DNA of 64,000 nt from a virus (taxonomy: Duplodnaviria; Caudoviricetes): the IMG/VR virus record IMGVR_UViG_3300015608_004971; one strand, given 5' to 3'. Below, in pieces: positions 18,684-28,626 of the stretch. Both the position numbers and the translations under genes were made by a program. Position 1 is the first letter of the stretch, and the number at the start of each line of letters is the position of its first letter. The notes under the pieces were generated by a model. That model did not search any database. It worked only from the letters and a program-made list of their open reading frames with translations, and was not told where the DNA came from.

Positions 18684-19364
18684 ATGATTTTCCAATTAGG
18701 AAATTCAACGCTTCAAACAAGCGATAAAGAACTGGCCGAAAGATGGACAATTCCAGAATTGCGCTATTCTGAGCTTGAAATAGCTTTATCTTTCAATTAT
18801 ACTTACGAATTTATTAGTTGCTATAAAAGATGCAGAAAAAAAGAAAGAAAGTTTTTGATTTATAAATCAAAAATTATGCAGATTGAAAAATGGTGGTATT
18901 TTGAGAATAAAGAGTCTCAAAATGAAATTGAATGCTTATTTGTCAATAATGATGGAATGATAGAATCACAATTTTTTTGGTCGACAAATCGGCCTTCATC
19001 GCTTGATATGATTGAGGCTGGAAAGAAAGGTCATGTTGGAAGCGTTTTTGTTCAATCATCAACATTGACTGGGCATTCTGAATATCTTGACGAATGCTTC
19101 TTTACTAAAGATGAACAAATAAAATATATTCAGCATGAATTTAATAATGGAAAAATGCCAAAATTAACTCATAAAGAGAAATATTTAAAACAGCGTCTTT
19201 CTGAAAGAAATCGTTGGTTGTATGCCAACAGAGCATCCGTAAATGTTTCTTATATTGTAAAAAAAGAACATCTAAAGGCTTATTCAAACTCAATGAGAAC
19301 ATTTGCTCGTCATAACGTGAAATATTCACCAAGAAATGTATTTGAAAATAATCATATTATTTAA
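18684..19364 (+). CDS. hypothetical protein, paralog of 28627..29316
   Basis: Shared ERW, IEC, FWS, VF.Q...LGHS.YL, A.VNVS. Confidence 0.75.
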   Translation: MIFQLGNSTLQTSDKELAERWTIPELRYSELEIALSFNYTYEFISCYKRCRKKERKFLIYKSKIMQIEKWWYFENKESQNEIECLFVNNDGMIESQFFWSTNRPSSLDMIEAGKKGHVGSVFVQSSTLTGHSEYLDECFFTKDEQIKYIQHEFNNGKMPKLTHKEKYLKQRLSERNRWLYANRASVNVSYIVKKEHLKAYSNSMRTFARHNVKYSPRNVFENNHII

Positions 19365-19791
19365 GAAAGTTAAAAATGAATTTTAACATCCCTTTCTTTA
19401 ATTAAAGAAAGCTTTTTTATAGGTTGATTTCTTCTTAAAATTTGTTTATCATGTTGCATATTTATAAGCATAGATATGCAGGTGAAAATAATGAACAAAG
19501 ATTTAAGATTATTGGAAGCAGAATCATATATAGGAAAAATTTTTAGAAATAAAAGCGGCGGTGTAAATCTGCTTGATCTTTATATAATAATAACAGATGC
19601 AAAACAGAGAGACAATACAATGATTTCATCATCAATTTCAGCTAGAGATAAAATTTTTAAGGATTCAATAACAATTTCCTATATTGAATTGTCTAATGAC
19701 GAAAAGCCTTCTTTCGTAGAAGAATGTCCATTATCTTATATTAAATATTCTTTTGTTGAAGTTTAAAAATCTTCTATAAAAAAGAGAAAAA

Positions 19792-20430
19792 ATGTCACAA
19801 GAACTTTCTGTTGTTAAAGATTCTGATAAAGATTTTGATTTTGTAAGCAAAAAAATTCCAATTAATGAAGGCGAATTGGAGCAATATATTATTGCTGTGC
19901 TTCAAAAAGCCGAAGAAGATTACTTAAAAAGTTCTATCAAAAAAGAAAAAGAACAAACTGATGAGCTAAAAAAGCATATTGTATTCTTTTATGATAGAAC
20001 ATATTATGAAGAAAATGTGGCCTTTGTTCTCAATAGAAAAGGCACTCCGATTCAATCGGGGAATATCAAATATAATGTTTTGATGACAAAATATATAAAA
20101 ACGCAAAATTTTAGAATTGTTTGCTCTCTTTGCAAAGCACCCCTCTTTTTTGCAAAAGAATCGAATTCAAATTTTTGGAGTTTTATGCCTGAAAAAGGAA
20201 ATGTTAATGCTAGATGTAATGCTTGTCATAGAAAGGCAACCATGCTATTTCAAACATATTTAGAAGAATTTGATAAAGAAGTCGTTCTAAGGCAACCAAA
20301 AGATAATAATTTTTTATCTAGCCAAAGTGATGGTAATAATATAGCTAATCAAAACAACGATAAACAAATTGAGATTATCCGTCATGCAATTAAAAGTCTA
20401 AAAAAGAGCTCCCACCTTGTGGAATTTTAA
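19792..20430 (+). CDS. zinc-finger-containing hypothetical protein
   Basis: CSLC...CNAC. Confidence 0.65.
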   Translation: MSQELSVVKDSDKDFDFVSKKIPINEGELEQYIIAVLQKAEEDYLKSSIKKEKEQTDELKKHIVFFYDRTYYEENVAFVLNRKGTPIQSGNIKYNVLMTKYIKTQNFRIVCSLCKAPLFFAKESNSNFWSFMPEKGNVNARCNACHRKATMLFQTYLEEFDKEVVLRQPKDNNFLSSQSDGNNIANQNNDKQIEIIRHAIKSLKKSSHLVEF

Positions 20431-20796
20431 ATTGTAATGGCCAATGCGATGATTTTAGACATGTGCCAGTTTTACCAATTGAAGATAAAATAGAAGAAAA
20501 CTCTAAAAAACGCAATGATATTGTTGTTAAAGCTTCTTTTATTGGCTTTGGAATACTAACCATTGTCAGTTTTTTAAAGCTATTTTTCTTTATGTAATTT
20601 AGGTTGCTAAAAATGCCAAATTGGACTAATGATGAAGGCGAAAGTATGTTTGCAAAATTGATATGCAAGCGTTGCCAAAATATTTTCGATACAGATAAAA
20701 AAGGCGAAATTCCAACCCATAAATGTCTTAATGGCGATTTATATAAATCGGAATCATCTAATAAAGGACACATCATCCAGTTAAGGTCAAAATAAA

Positions 20797-21375
20797 ATGA
20801 ATAATGAATTAAAAAATAAAATTGATTTAAAAAGAGAAAATGCAAAATTAAATATTGATAAAGTATTTGATAATTTCATTACAGTTTTAAATTATCTTGA
20901 AAGCAATAATTTAGAGCTTTTTAAATTCATCAATTTTATTATGCAACATAATCCATCTTTTAGAGATGAAATCTCTTTAGAAGGAAGAGAACTATCTCTA
21001 TATATAAGAAATCAATGGTTTTTTATGATGGTAATACCAAATATTACTAATAACGATCCATATAAATTTATTGATGACCTTTCAAATTTTATTTCGTATA
21101 TAACTGATGATATGGAATTCACCATAAAGTGGTGTACCAATATTCCAAGCGCCATAAATAAAAAAGATAAGATGATTGTGGTGCACAAACCATATAATAT
21201 TGATGAAAATATATATCCTGTCTTATTTGAGGATAATTCAGAAATAGCTACACAAAATGTAGACATTTTTCTTCAGGCACTAAAATACAATGAAGATGTT
21301 ATAAATCATGAAACACCTTATGAAAAATTTCTTAAAATAAAAAAAGAACGAGATAATAAGGATAAGGAGCCATAA
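20797..21375 (+). CDS. hypothetical protein
   Basis: 192-aa ORF tightly packed with neighbours. Confidence 0.65.
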   Translation: MNNELKNKIDLKRENAKLNIDKVFDNFITVLNYLESNNLELFKFINFIMQHNPSFRDEISLEGRELSLYIRNQWFFMMVIPNITNNDPYKFIDDLSNFISYITDDMEFTIKWCTNIPSAINKKDKMIVVHKPYNIDENIYPVLFEDNSEIATQNVDIFLQALKYNEDVINHETPYEKFLKIKKERDNKDKEP

Positions 21376-21377
21376 AT

Positions 21378-21890
21378 ATGATTCTATGTATTGATGTTTA
21401 TTATGACGAACAAAATGACCTAAACAAAATAGGTTGTGTTCTTCTTAAAAACTTTGAAGATGAAAAGCCATATAAAACATATGAATTGTTTAAATATGGT
21501 GTTCATCCTTACATTTCTGGTGAATTTTATAAACGAGAAATGCCATGCATTCTTTATGCTTTAAATCATATTTATAATGATGGTGAAAAAGTCGACATTA
21601 TTATTGTTGATGGCTATTGCACGCTAAAATACGATCATATTGGTCTAGGCGAGCATCTTTTTCAAGAATTAAATGAGAATATTATTGTTATTGGTATTGC
21701 AAAAACCTTATATAAAGGTGCTGAATATGTTATGGCTAGGAAAGGTCTATATATTACATCATCTGGCATTCCTAAAGAAAAAGCTGCAGAATATATTGAG
21801 CTTATGCACGGTAAGCACAAAAATCCATCAATCTTAAAGATTGTTGATCACCTATCTAGAGGAATTTTTAATCCTAAATTTAAATATTAA
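21378..21890 (+). CDS. nfi: endonuclease V family
   Basis: IDVYY, PYISGEFYKREMP, VDGY, GLGEHL, IGIAK. Confidence 0.88.
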   Translation: MILCIDVYYDEQNDLNKIGCVLLKNFEDEKPYKTYELFKYGVHPYISGEFYKREMPCILYALNHIYNDGEKVDIIIVDGYCTLKYDHIGLGEHLFQELNENIIVIGIAKTLYKGAEYVMARKGLYITSSGIPKEKAAEYIELMHGKHKNPSILKIVDHLSRGIFNPKFKY

Positions 21891-21921
21891 ATAGCTTATA
21901 TGGCATGTCAAGCTCTGACGC

Positions 21922-21984
21922 TTGACAGCCAGCGCCAGCCGTGCTATCATGCTTCAAGCAACACAGCGGCAACGATAAAGCCGC
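21922..21984 (+). promoter_or_regulatory. repeated promoter plus leader hairpin, copy 3 (empty: no gene follows)
   Basis: Full promoter, hairpin and AAGGA, immediately followed by another promoter. Confidence 0.9.
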
Positions 21985-22014
21985 AGCAAGGAAAGCCCCA
22001 AGCGAAGAAGAGGC

Positions 22015-22043
22015 TTGACAGCCAGCGCCAGCCGTGCTATCAT
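22015..22043 (+). promoter_or_regulatory. repeated promoter, copy 4
   Basis: Identical TTGACA-17-TATCAT; leader hairpin GCAGC-aatcat-GCTGC. Confidence 0.9.
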
Positions 22044-22094
22044 GCTTCAAGCAACGCAGCAATCATGCTGCGCCGATACACGAGACAAGCAAAA

Positions 22095-22364
22095 ATGGAA
22101 ATCGAAAAAATCTCCTTTCCTAAAGTTAAAGATTTTATGCGGCATCATAATTTGATGCCCAAACTACAATTCAATGTCGTTTATTCGGGCTGGGATAGCG
22201 ATAATACTGGTTGGGTTTCTTACGATCGGGAAGGAAATAAAAAATATGTAATGACATGCTGTGGTGTTCCTTATTTTGAGGAAGAATCTAATGTTAGAAA
22301 TCTTATTCAAGATTATCTTTCTTGGATTAAAGAAACAGAAGAAGCTTTGAATTTTAAAATGTAA
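22095..22364 (+). CDS. hypothetical protein
   Basis: ATG 22095 downstream of promoter copy 4; the longer track ORF runs through promoter DNA. Confidence 0.7.
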   Translation: MEIEKISFPKVKDFMRHHNLMPKLQFNVVYSGWDSDNTGWVSYDREGNKKYVMTCCGVPYFEEESNVRNLIQDYLSWIKETEEALNFKM

Positions 22365-22370
22365 ATAAAC

Positions 22371-22447
22371 GGACGAATGGCTCGATTGGTCAAGGCAGCG
22401 GTCCTATAAACCGTCTTATATGGGTTCAAATCCCATTTCGTCCACCA
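22371..22447 (+). tRNA. tRNA with centred anticodon TAT (probable tRNA-Ile UAU), atypical C33
   Basis: Acceptor GGACGAA/TTCGTCC-A-CCA, anticodon arm GCGGT-CCTATAA-ACCGT, T arm ATGGG-TTCAAAT-CCCAT. Confidence 0.85.
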
Positions 22448-23022
22448 TATTGGAAATAAATATGATCACCTTCGATTCTCTTCTAGACGAAGTCTTCTTT
22501 CTTGCAAAAGAAAGGAATGGTGAGGTGATTGAAGCTTTTATTTCTTCTTTAAGCGATATTGAGCAAAAGCAAGAGACCAATTTTATTATTAATAATAAAA
22601 TTGATAATGAAAGACATAATTTTCTTCTTGAATTGATAGAAGATATTGTAAATGATAAAATTTTTTCATGTGTTGAAGAAGAATTTAAATATTCTGATAT
22701 AATTTTTAATATTAACATCGATCTCTTTATTAGAGTAGAAATTTATACTGTTCTAAGTAATTGTAAAAACATTACAATTAAAAATAACAAAACGATTCCA
22801 TCGGAATGTGTCATGTTTAATGCAAAAAAAAACATTATATAATGAATTGAGATCTCTTTCTTTTTCGGAGAAAGATATAGAACATTATATGACGCAAATT
22901 CCTTCTTGGTGGACGCATATAAAGCGCAAAATCATTAATATGAACGAATGGTCATATGATAGAGATGGTTTTATGGCTGAAGCCAAATTTATTATTCTTA
23001 ATTCAAAGGAAACATCATTGAT

Positions 23023-23619
23023 ATGAATGAATTGACTTTAAAAATTATTGCCGAGCTTAAGGCATTGGCCGTCGACGGCCTTTCCATTGACATTTCGGAG
23101 AAAACAGACGGATCGGTTTCGGTTGTTTTTCACCAATCTTCGGAAGAGATCGATCTTGATCCGCCGACAGAAATTAATTGTTTTGGCTCCAAATATTGGA
23201 AGGATAAAGACGGACTGCTCCACCGCGACGGTGATTTGCCTGCCGCTATTTATGCTGATGGTAGCAAATATTATTATAAGAACGGAAATTGCCATCGCGA
23301 CGGTGATTTGCCTGCCATTGAACATGCTGATGGCACCAAATGTTATTATAAGAACGGAAATTGCCATCGCGACGGTGATTTGCCTGCCATTGAACATGCT
23401 GATGGCACCAAATGTTATTATAAGAACGGAAAATGCCATCGTGACGGCGATTTGCCAGCAATTGAATATGCTAATGGCGAAAGAGATTATTATAAAAATG
23501 GCAAGCCTCACCGCGACGGCAATAAGCCTGCGATTATCAGAAAAAATCGATATGAATATTGCCTTGATGGAAAGCTTATTTTGATTGTGAAGCATAAGAA
23601 TGGCGTTGTCGAGATTTAA
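23023..23619 (+). CDS. HRDGDLPA-repeat protein (5 repeats; altered N-terminus, no promoter of its own)
   Basis: 3' half nearly identical to 50397..51008; contains a tandem 72-nt duplication. Confidence 0.9.
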   Translation: MNELTLKIIAELKALAVDGLSIDISEKTDGSVSVVFHQSSEEIDLDPPTEINCFGSKYWKDKDGLLHRDGDLPAAIYADGSKYYYKNGNCHRDGDLPAIEHADGTKCYYKNGNCHRDGDLPAIEHADGTKCYYKNGKCHRDGDLPAIEYANGERDYYKNGKPHRDGNKPAIIRKNRYEYCLDGKLILIVKHKNGVVEI

Positions 23620-23653
23620 GCATGGTCAAAAAAGGCCCAAGCGAAGAAGAGGC

Positions 23654-23716
23654 TTGACAGCCAGCGCCAGCCGTGCTATCATGCTTCGAGCAACACAGCG
23701 GCAACGATAAAGCCGC
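23654..23716 (+). promoter_or_regulatory. repeated promoter plus leader hairpin, copy 5
   Basis: Identical block; lies upstream of 23756 and the MoxR gene. Confidence 0.9.
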
Positions 23717-23755
23717 AACAATGTAGCAAAATGCTGCGAAGAAGAGAGAGGAACA

Positions 23756-24133
23756 ATGTCGGATTCAATTTTTTCGGATTTGAGTAAATCAGTCGCAGAA
23801 TCACTTAAGGGACGGAACGGTGAAGTTCTTGATTCTCTTAAGAAGAAAATGGTTGAAGAAGTACTTGCAAAGCGAGTTACTATTCTCTCTTGGGCCTTTT
23901 CAAGGCGAAAAGAATTAGATGGAAAGTCGCGATCCCTTCAGGAAGGTGATATTAAGCATTTTGATGCTAATGGCGTTGTTGTTTCGTCTCTGTTCTCAAA
24001 GGAACGTCTTGAGAATAAGAAGCAAGCCGAACAAGAGCTAAAGAAATTTGATGAAGCCCTCGATAAGGCTATGAATGAGGCCAATTGGGATTCTTTGGAA
24101 AAGCTTATACCAAATGGTGGCGCTAAGCAATAA
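23756..24133 (+). CDS. hypothetical helical protein
   Basis: 125-aa ORF, SD GAGG. Confidence 0.75.
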   Translation: MSDSIFSDLSKSVAESLKGRNGEVLDSLKKKMVEEVLAKRVTILSWAFSRRKELDGKSRSLQEGDIKHFDANGVVVSSLFSKERLENKKQAEQELKKFDEALDKAMNEANWDSLEKLIPNGGAKQ

Positions 24134-24136
24134 AAA

Positions 24137-24165
24137 TTTATCAAACAAACGGTTTGTTTGATAAA
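24137..24165. repeat. 29-bp palindrome
   Basis: TTTATCAAACAAAC-G-GTTTGTTTGATAAA, perfect 14-bp arms. Confidence 0.9.
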
Positions 24166-24226
24166 GATAAGTTTGTAGCGGGTATTGCCGCATTTTTATC
24201 TAAAACACTTTTCAAGGTGAAATAGA

Positions 24227-25399
24227 ATGATTACTTTTGATACGTTTATTAGAATCGCTCCAGCTATTATGGAGCAGCGTTTGCCAATTCTTCTTCGTGG
24301 TCGTCACGGTATCGGCAAATCTGAAGTTGTGCGACAAATTGCAAAAAATGCTGGCTTGAATTATATTTCACGTCGTATCTCTCAAATGACAGAAGGCGAT
24401 TTGATTGGTTTGCCTATTGTTGATGGTGATTCGACAAAGTGGCTGCCACCTGATTGGTTTATGCAAGCATGTCAAAAGCCTTGCCTTCTATTTCTTGACG
24501 AAGTGGATCGTGGCTCAATCGAGGTTCGTCAAGCTGTATTTGAGCTAAACGATAGCCGTTGTCTCAATGGTTTTCATCTCCATAAGGATACTGTTGTGTT
24601 TGCCGCAGTAAATGGCGGTAAACATGGCGAAAACTATCAAGTAGGAACAATGGATCCTGCTGAACTTGATCGTTATGCCGTTTTTGATCTTGAGCCAGAC
24701 GAAGCTGATTGGCTTCGTTGGGCAAAAATGGATAATGAAGAAACTGGAAGACAGAATATTCATCCTCTGATTGTATCTTATATTGATAAGCATCACAAAT
24801 CTCTTGAACATCGCGGAGATGTTGAGCCCGGAAAAGTTTATCCTTCTCGTCGTTCTTGGAAAAGATTGAGTGATGTTGTAACTGGCGCATCCATGCTAGA
24901 TAATGGTGGAAGCAATTTGCTATCTCATGCCGCAACAGCATTTATTGGTCTGACGATTGCAACCGAATTTGCTGATTTTATTAAAAATTATAAGATCATG
25001 ATTTCGCCAGAGGATATTTTGACAGGCAAAGCTCTTAAACTTCTGGAAGCTTTGAAGAAAAAGGGCGAATCTTTGCCAGATTCTGAGCAGATGGCGACGA
25101 TGGAAAGATTCATCGACAATCTCCAGATTATGGACGACAATAATATTGATAAATATTTGGTTAATAACCAAAAAACTTTTTCCAACGTAGGAAACTTCTT
25201 TTCAACTTTCTCTTCAGAAAAAATCGTGGCCTTGATCTCAAAGGTTGCTGCTGCAACGCAAAAGAATACAAACCTCAAGAAGAAGGCGCCAGATATTCTG
25301 CAAAAGCTTCTTAATGCCGAGTTTGAAATCGTTGATGCGGCAGGAAACAAAGTGAAGTCTTCACTACAGAAGACAAATTCAAAGAATTTGAGAATTTAA
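24227..25399 (+). CDS. MoxR-like AAA+ ATPase
   Basis: GRHGIGKS, DLIGLP, LFLDEVDR, AAVN, MDPAELDR, PSRRSW. Confidence 0.9.
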   Translation: MITFDTFIRIAPAIMEQRLPILLRGRHGIGKSEVVRQIAKNAGLNYISRRISQMTEGDLIGLPIVDGDSTKWLPPDWFMQACQKPCLLFLDEVDRGSIEVRQAVFELNDSRCLNGFHLHKDTVVFAAVNGGKHGENYQVGTMDPAELDRYAVFDLEPDEADWLRWAKMDNEETGRQNIHPLIVSYIDKHHKSLEHRGDVEPGKVYPSRRSWKRLSDVVTGASMLDNGGSNLLSHAATAFIGLTIATEFADFIKNYKIMISPEDILTGKALKLLEALKKKGESLPDSEQMATMERFIDNLQIMDDNNIDKYLVNNQKTFSNVGNFFSTFSSEKIVALISKVAAATQKNTNLKKKAPDILQKLLNAEFEIVDAAGNKVKSSLQKTNSKNLRI

Positions 25400-25518
25400 T
25401 AGTTCTCCATAAATTTCTGATCGAAATTACAGAATAAAATTGTTAATTTCAAATACAGTGTTCATGAATGATTAATAGATTCCTTTCTGCATTTGGAATT
25501 AAAATTAAATGCAGCAAA

Positions 25519-25599
25519 ATCGGCATGGTGGAATGGTAGACACAACGCACTTAAAATGCGTCGATTAATATCGTGCGAGTTCAAGTCTCGCTGCCGATA
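25519..25599 (+). tRNA. tRNA-Leu(TAA), CCA not encoded
   Basis: ATCGGCA/TGCCGAT-A acceptor, ACGCA-CTTAAAA-TGCGT, long variable arm, GCGAG-TTCAAGT-CTCGC. Confidence 0.93.
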
Positions 25600-26890
25600 C
25601 TAAAACGAAGGAAACGATTGTCATGAGACAATGCCCAAAATATGAAGATTATAGACTAGAAGATCTTCTTGTAAAAGAACATAAAAAAGATACAGAGATT
25701 TTAATCAAAAAAGGCAAAGAACACCCTTTCAATCAGGGTGAAATTTCTCTCTCATTAGAGCAACTAAAAGAGATTTATTTAATAGCCGAGAAGTATCATA
25801 GAAATGATAATCAAAAGATTGAGATCCGTCTTTATAACGGAGGATTTGCTTTTAAAATTTTAAGACATACAATTTCACATGAAATGAAATATCACAAAAG
25901 ATACGATGAAATTCTCTATCAAAAAGATATTTCCGAATGGCAAAAAGAAAAAGAAGCAGAGAATGCTCTCAAATGAAAGACGGAATCATATTCGCTAGAG
26001 AACATATTTTAATGGAACAGATTTTATCCATTATTAGACAAAAATATAAATATGAGCTCTTTATATGGCATTATTATATAATAGTGCCATATCGTCCACT
26101 ATCATTGTTAAACGACGAATTGCCAACATCAGCAATAAAATTATGAGAATAGATGATAAACTTGCAGTAACAGTTTATCCAGATGGTTGTTCAAAAACTT
26201 TCAGCCATTATACTGATGCAATTAAATATTTTTTACATACTCAAGGAATAAAAACAAATGAATGTTGAATATTTTTTAGTTCTTGTCGATAAACGAATGA
26301 CAGATCACCCAAATGAAAGAAAAGGACAAGCTGCTTTTAATTTATTGTGTTTTGATATTGGTCGGGACGATCTTGCTGATTTGGTCCGCTCTACAAAATA
26401 TGATCCATTTTTTGATAATGCAAGAATGGACGATTTCATTCATTTCCTTGTTGAAAAAAACTTCCTATTTCGTCAGTAATAGAATCTGCAACATGAATAT
26501 TATACAAAAATTATCAACACCTTATATTAGACAAGAAATTGTAAAGCGAGTAGATAAAGTTAATTATCTATCATTAGATGCTTCTAATATGAAAATTGCA
26601 CAAAATGTATCTTCTTGGAAGCGCAATTCGAAGCAAAAATTGAAAAACGCCATAAATGATTATGGTGTCTCTTCAGTCCAAGAATTTTTGGAATGTGGCG
26701 ATGAAACAGAATTGTTTTGCAAACCCAATAGTATTACAGAGAAATGTATTGTTCGTCATTTTGTAATTGCTGATTTGACTTTGGATTGTACCTGCATTAC
26801 AGACGAGACAGACCAAAATATTTTAGTTTTCATTTGGCATCAAGATTAATTAGAAATACTCACAGACATATATCGCAATGGAGTTAATTA

Positions 26891-28144
26891 ATGATTGTCA
26901 ATTGTAGAATTATGTCTATGCGCAGACATGGCAAAATTGCTTTTGCTCAATTTAAGGAATTTTCCAATCACAATAATACTGCTTCAATTACTCAAGCAGT
27001 TTTTATGAAGCAAAATCTTGAAGACTATGATTTGATTTTGTCTTCATTAAAGATTGGTTGTATAGTAACACTTAGGGGTGAAGAATATGTAACTTCTACA
27101 GGTGTTCTCTCTTTGAGCGTTGTGAAGTGCGATATAACTTACATTCCAAATGTTGGATTTCCAACAGAACATTTTGGGATTGAAAATGAAAATCTTAAAA
27201 GACGTCATAGGTTTCTAAGTTGTCTTTATAATGACAGTGTAAAGACAACTTTTTTGAAGAGATTTGAAATTATTAATAACATTAGACAATTTTTAATTTC
27301 AAATTCTTTCATTGAATTTGAAACTCCAATTATGTCTTCACATGCTTCAGGAGCTCTTGCAAAGCCTTTTGTTACACACTACAACGCATATGAAACAGAT
27401 TTTTATCTTAGAATTGCGCCAGAAACTTTTCTAAAGAGAATTTTGGCAGGTGGTTTTGATAACATTTTTGAAATTGGAAAAAACTTTCGTAATGAAGGAG
27501 TAGATCCATCTCATTTGCAAGAATTTACTGTTGTTGAATGGTATAGCGCTTTCAAAAATTATAAAGACAATCTTGAATTATTCAAGTCTATGTTAGACTT
27601 TTTGATTAAAGATAAAATTGTTACATTTGAAAATGTTCAACTTGATTTTTCTAATTGTCAAACTCTGACTTATAGAGAATGTTTTGAAAAGTATGCGCCA
27701 GATTTTGATCCATTTTGTAAAGAGAATAGTGAAAAATCTGTTGATCTTGTTTTCAAGACAAGAATTAGACCAAATATTGTACAGCCCACTTTTGTAATCG
27801 ATTATCCGTCTTTTATGTCTCCAATGGCTAAGAGATCTGATCAAGATGAAAATATTTGTGAGCAATGGCAATTTATAGTCAATGGATGGGAAATCGTTAA
27901 GTGTTACACTGAACTTGTTGATGCTACTCTTCAAAGACAGCTTCTTGAAGAGCAAATGCAACAAAAGATTAAAGCGAATAACGCAGATGATGAATTTATG
28001 GAATTAGAAGAAGACTTTCTATATACAATGGAATATGGAATTCCGCAATCCTCTGGCGTAGGCGTGGGTATCGATAGACTAGTTGCAATCTTGACGAACA
28101 ACTCATCTTTGAGAGATGTTGTATTTTTTCCTGCTGTTCTATGA
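26891..28144 (+). CDS. lysS: class II lysyl-tRNA synthetase (compact)
   Basis: RRHGKIAF OB fold, EFETP, GALAKPF.TH, YLRIAPE, FRNEG, H..EFT, YGIP...G.G.GIDRL. Confidence 0.92.
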   Translation: MIVNCRIMSMRRHGKIAFAQFKEFSNHNNTASITQAVFMKQNLEDYDLILSSLKIGCIVTLRGEEYVTSTGVLSLSVVKCDITYIPNVGFPTEHFGIENENLKRRHRFLSCLYNDSVKTTFLKRFEIINNIRQFLISNSFIEFETPIMSSHASGALAKPFVTHYNAYETDFYLRIAPETFLKRILAGGFDNIFEIGKNFRNEGVDPSHLQEFTVVEWYSAFKNYKDNLELFKSMLDFLIKDKIVTFENVQLDFSNCQTLTYRECFEKYAPDFDPFCKENSEKSVDLVFKTRIRPNIVQPTFVIDYPSFMSPMAKRSDQDENICEQWQFIVNGWEIVKCYTELVDATLQRQLLEEQMQQKIKANNADDEFMELEEDFLYTMEYGIPQSSGVGVGIDRLVAILTNNSSLRDVVFFPAVL

Positions 28145-28626
28145 TAACATGTGTATTGCGCTTTGTTCTATAGTTATAATTTAATCCTCAACAAACAAAG
28201 GAAAAACAATGAAGTAATTAGACTTTGTTGTATGACTTCAAAACAAAGAATTCAAAAAATCAGATATTTTTCAGATTAAAGAGAGTATTTTGATATGAAT
28301 ATTTTTCTTTTAAAAAGAAAGAATTTAATCAGACAAACTGAAGAAGAAAAATTAAATTTTAAAAAATTTAAATTTGTTTGTGTTTCTGTTATTGTTTATG
28401 CTGAAAATGAACAAAACGCAAGAAAAATTGCGGCAAAACCTGCACCAAAATTTGGTAAAAAGGTAAGAGTCGATAATACAATTGACAATTCTTATTCTTG
28501 GTGTTATGACACAGAAAGCAAAATTTGGTTAGATCATTTACAAACTGATTGTTTGTTAACAACAAAAATAGAGTCTAAGATTGAAAAAGTTCAAAGTAGA
28601 AATTTTATTGAAATTGGTGTTAAGTA

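Noticed and set aside
22395-22414. Amber suppressor (CTA) or Arg (CCT) reading of the tRNA, and stop-codon recoding
   Set aside because: The 5-bp stem centres TAT; TAG and TGA end genes normally and long genes are intact in the standard code
22420-22461. ORF start at 22420
   Set aside because: Overlaps the tRNA T arm; the likely start is 22462
23038-23595. Long +1-frame and antisense ORFs over every HRDGDLPA gene
   Set aside because: Explained by avoidance of NTA and TCA codons in the real frame; no SD, and broken in some copies (stop at 53938)
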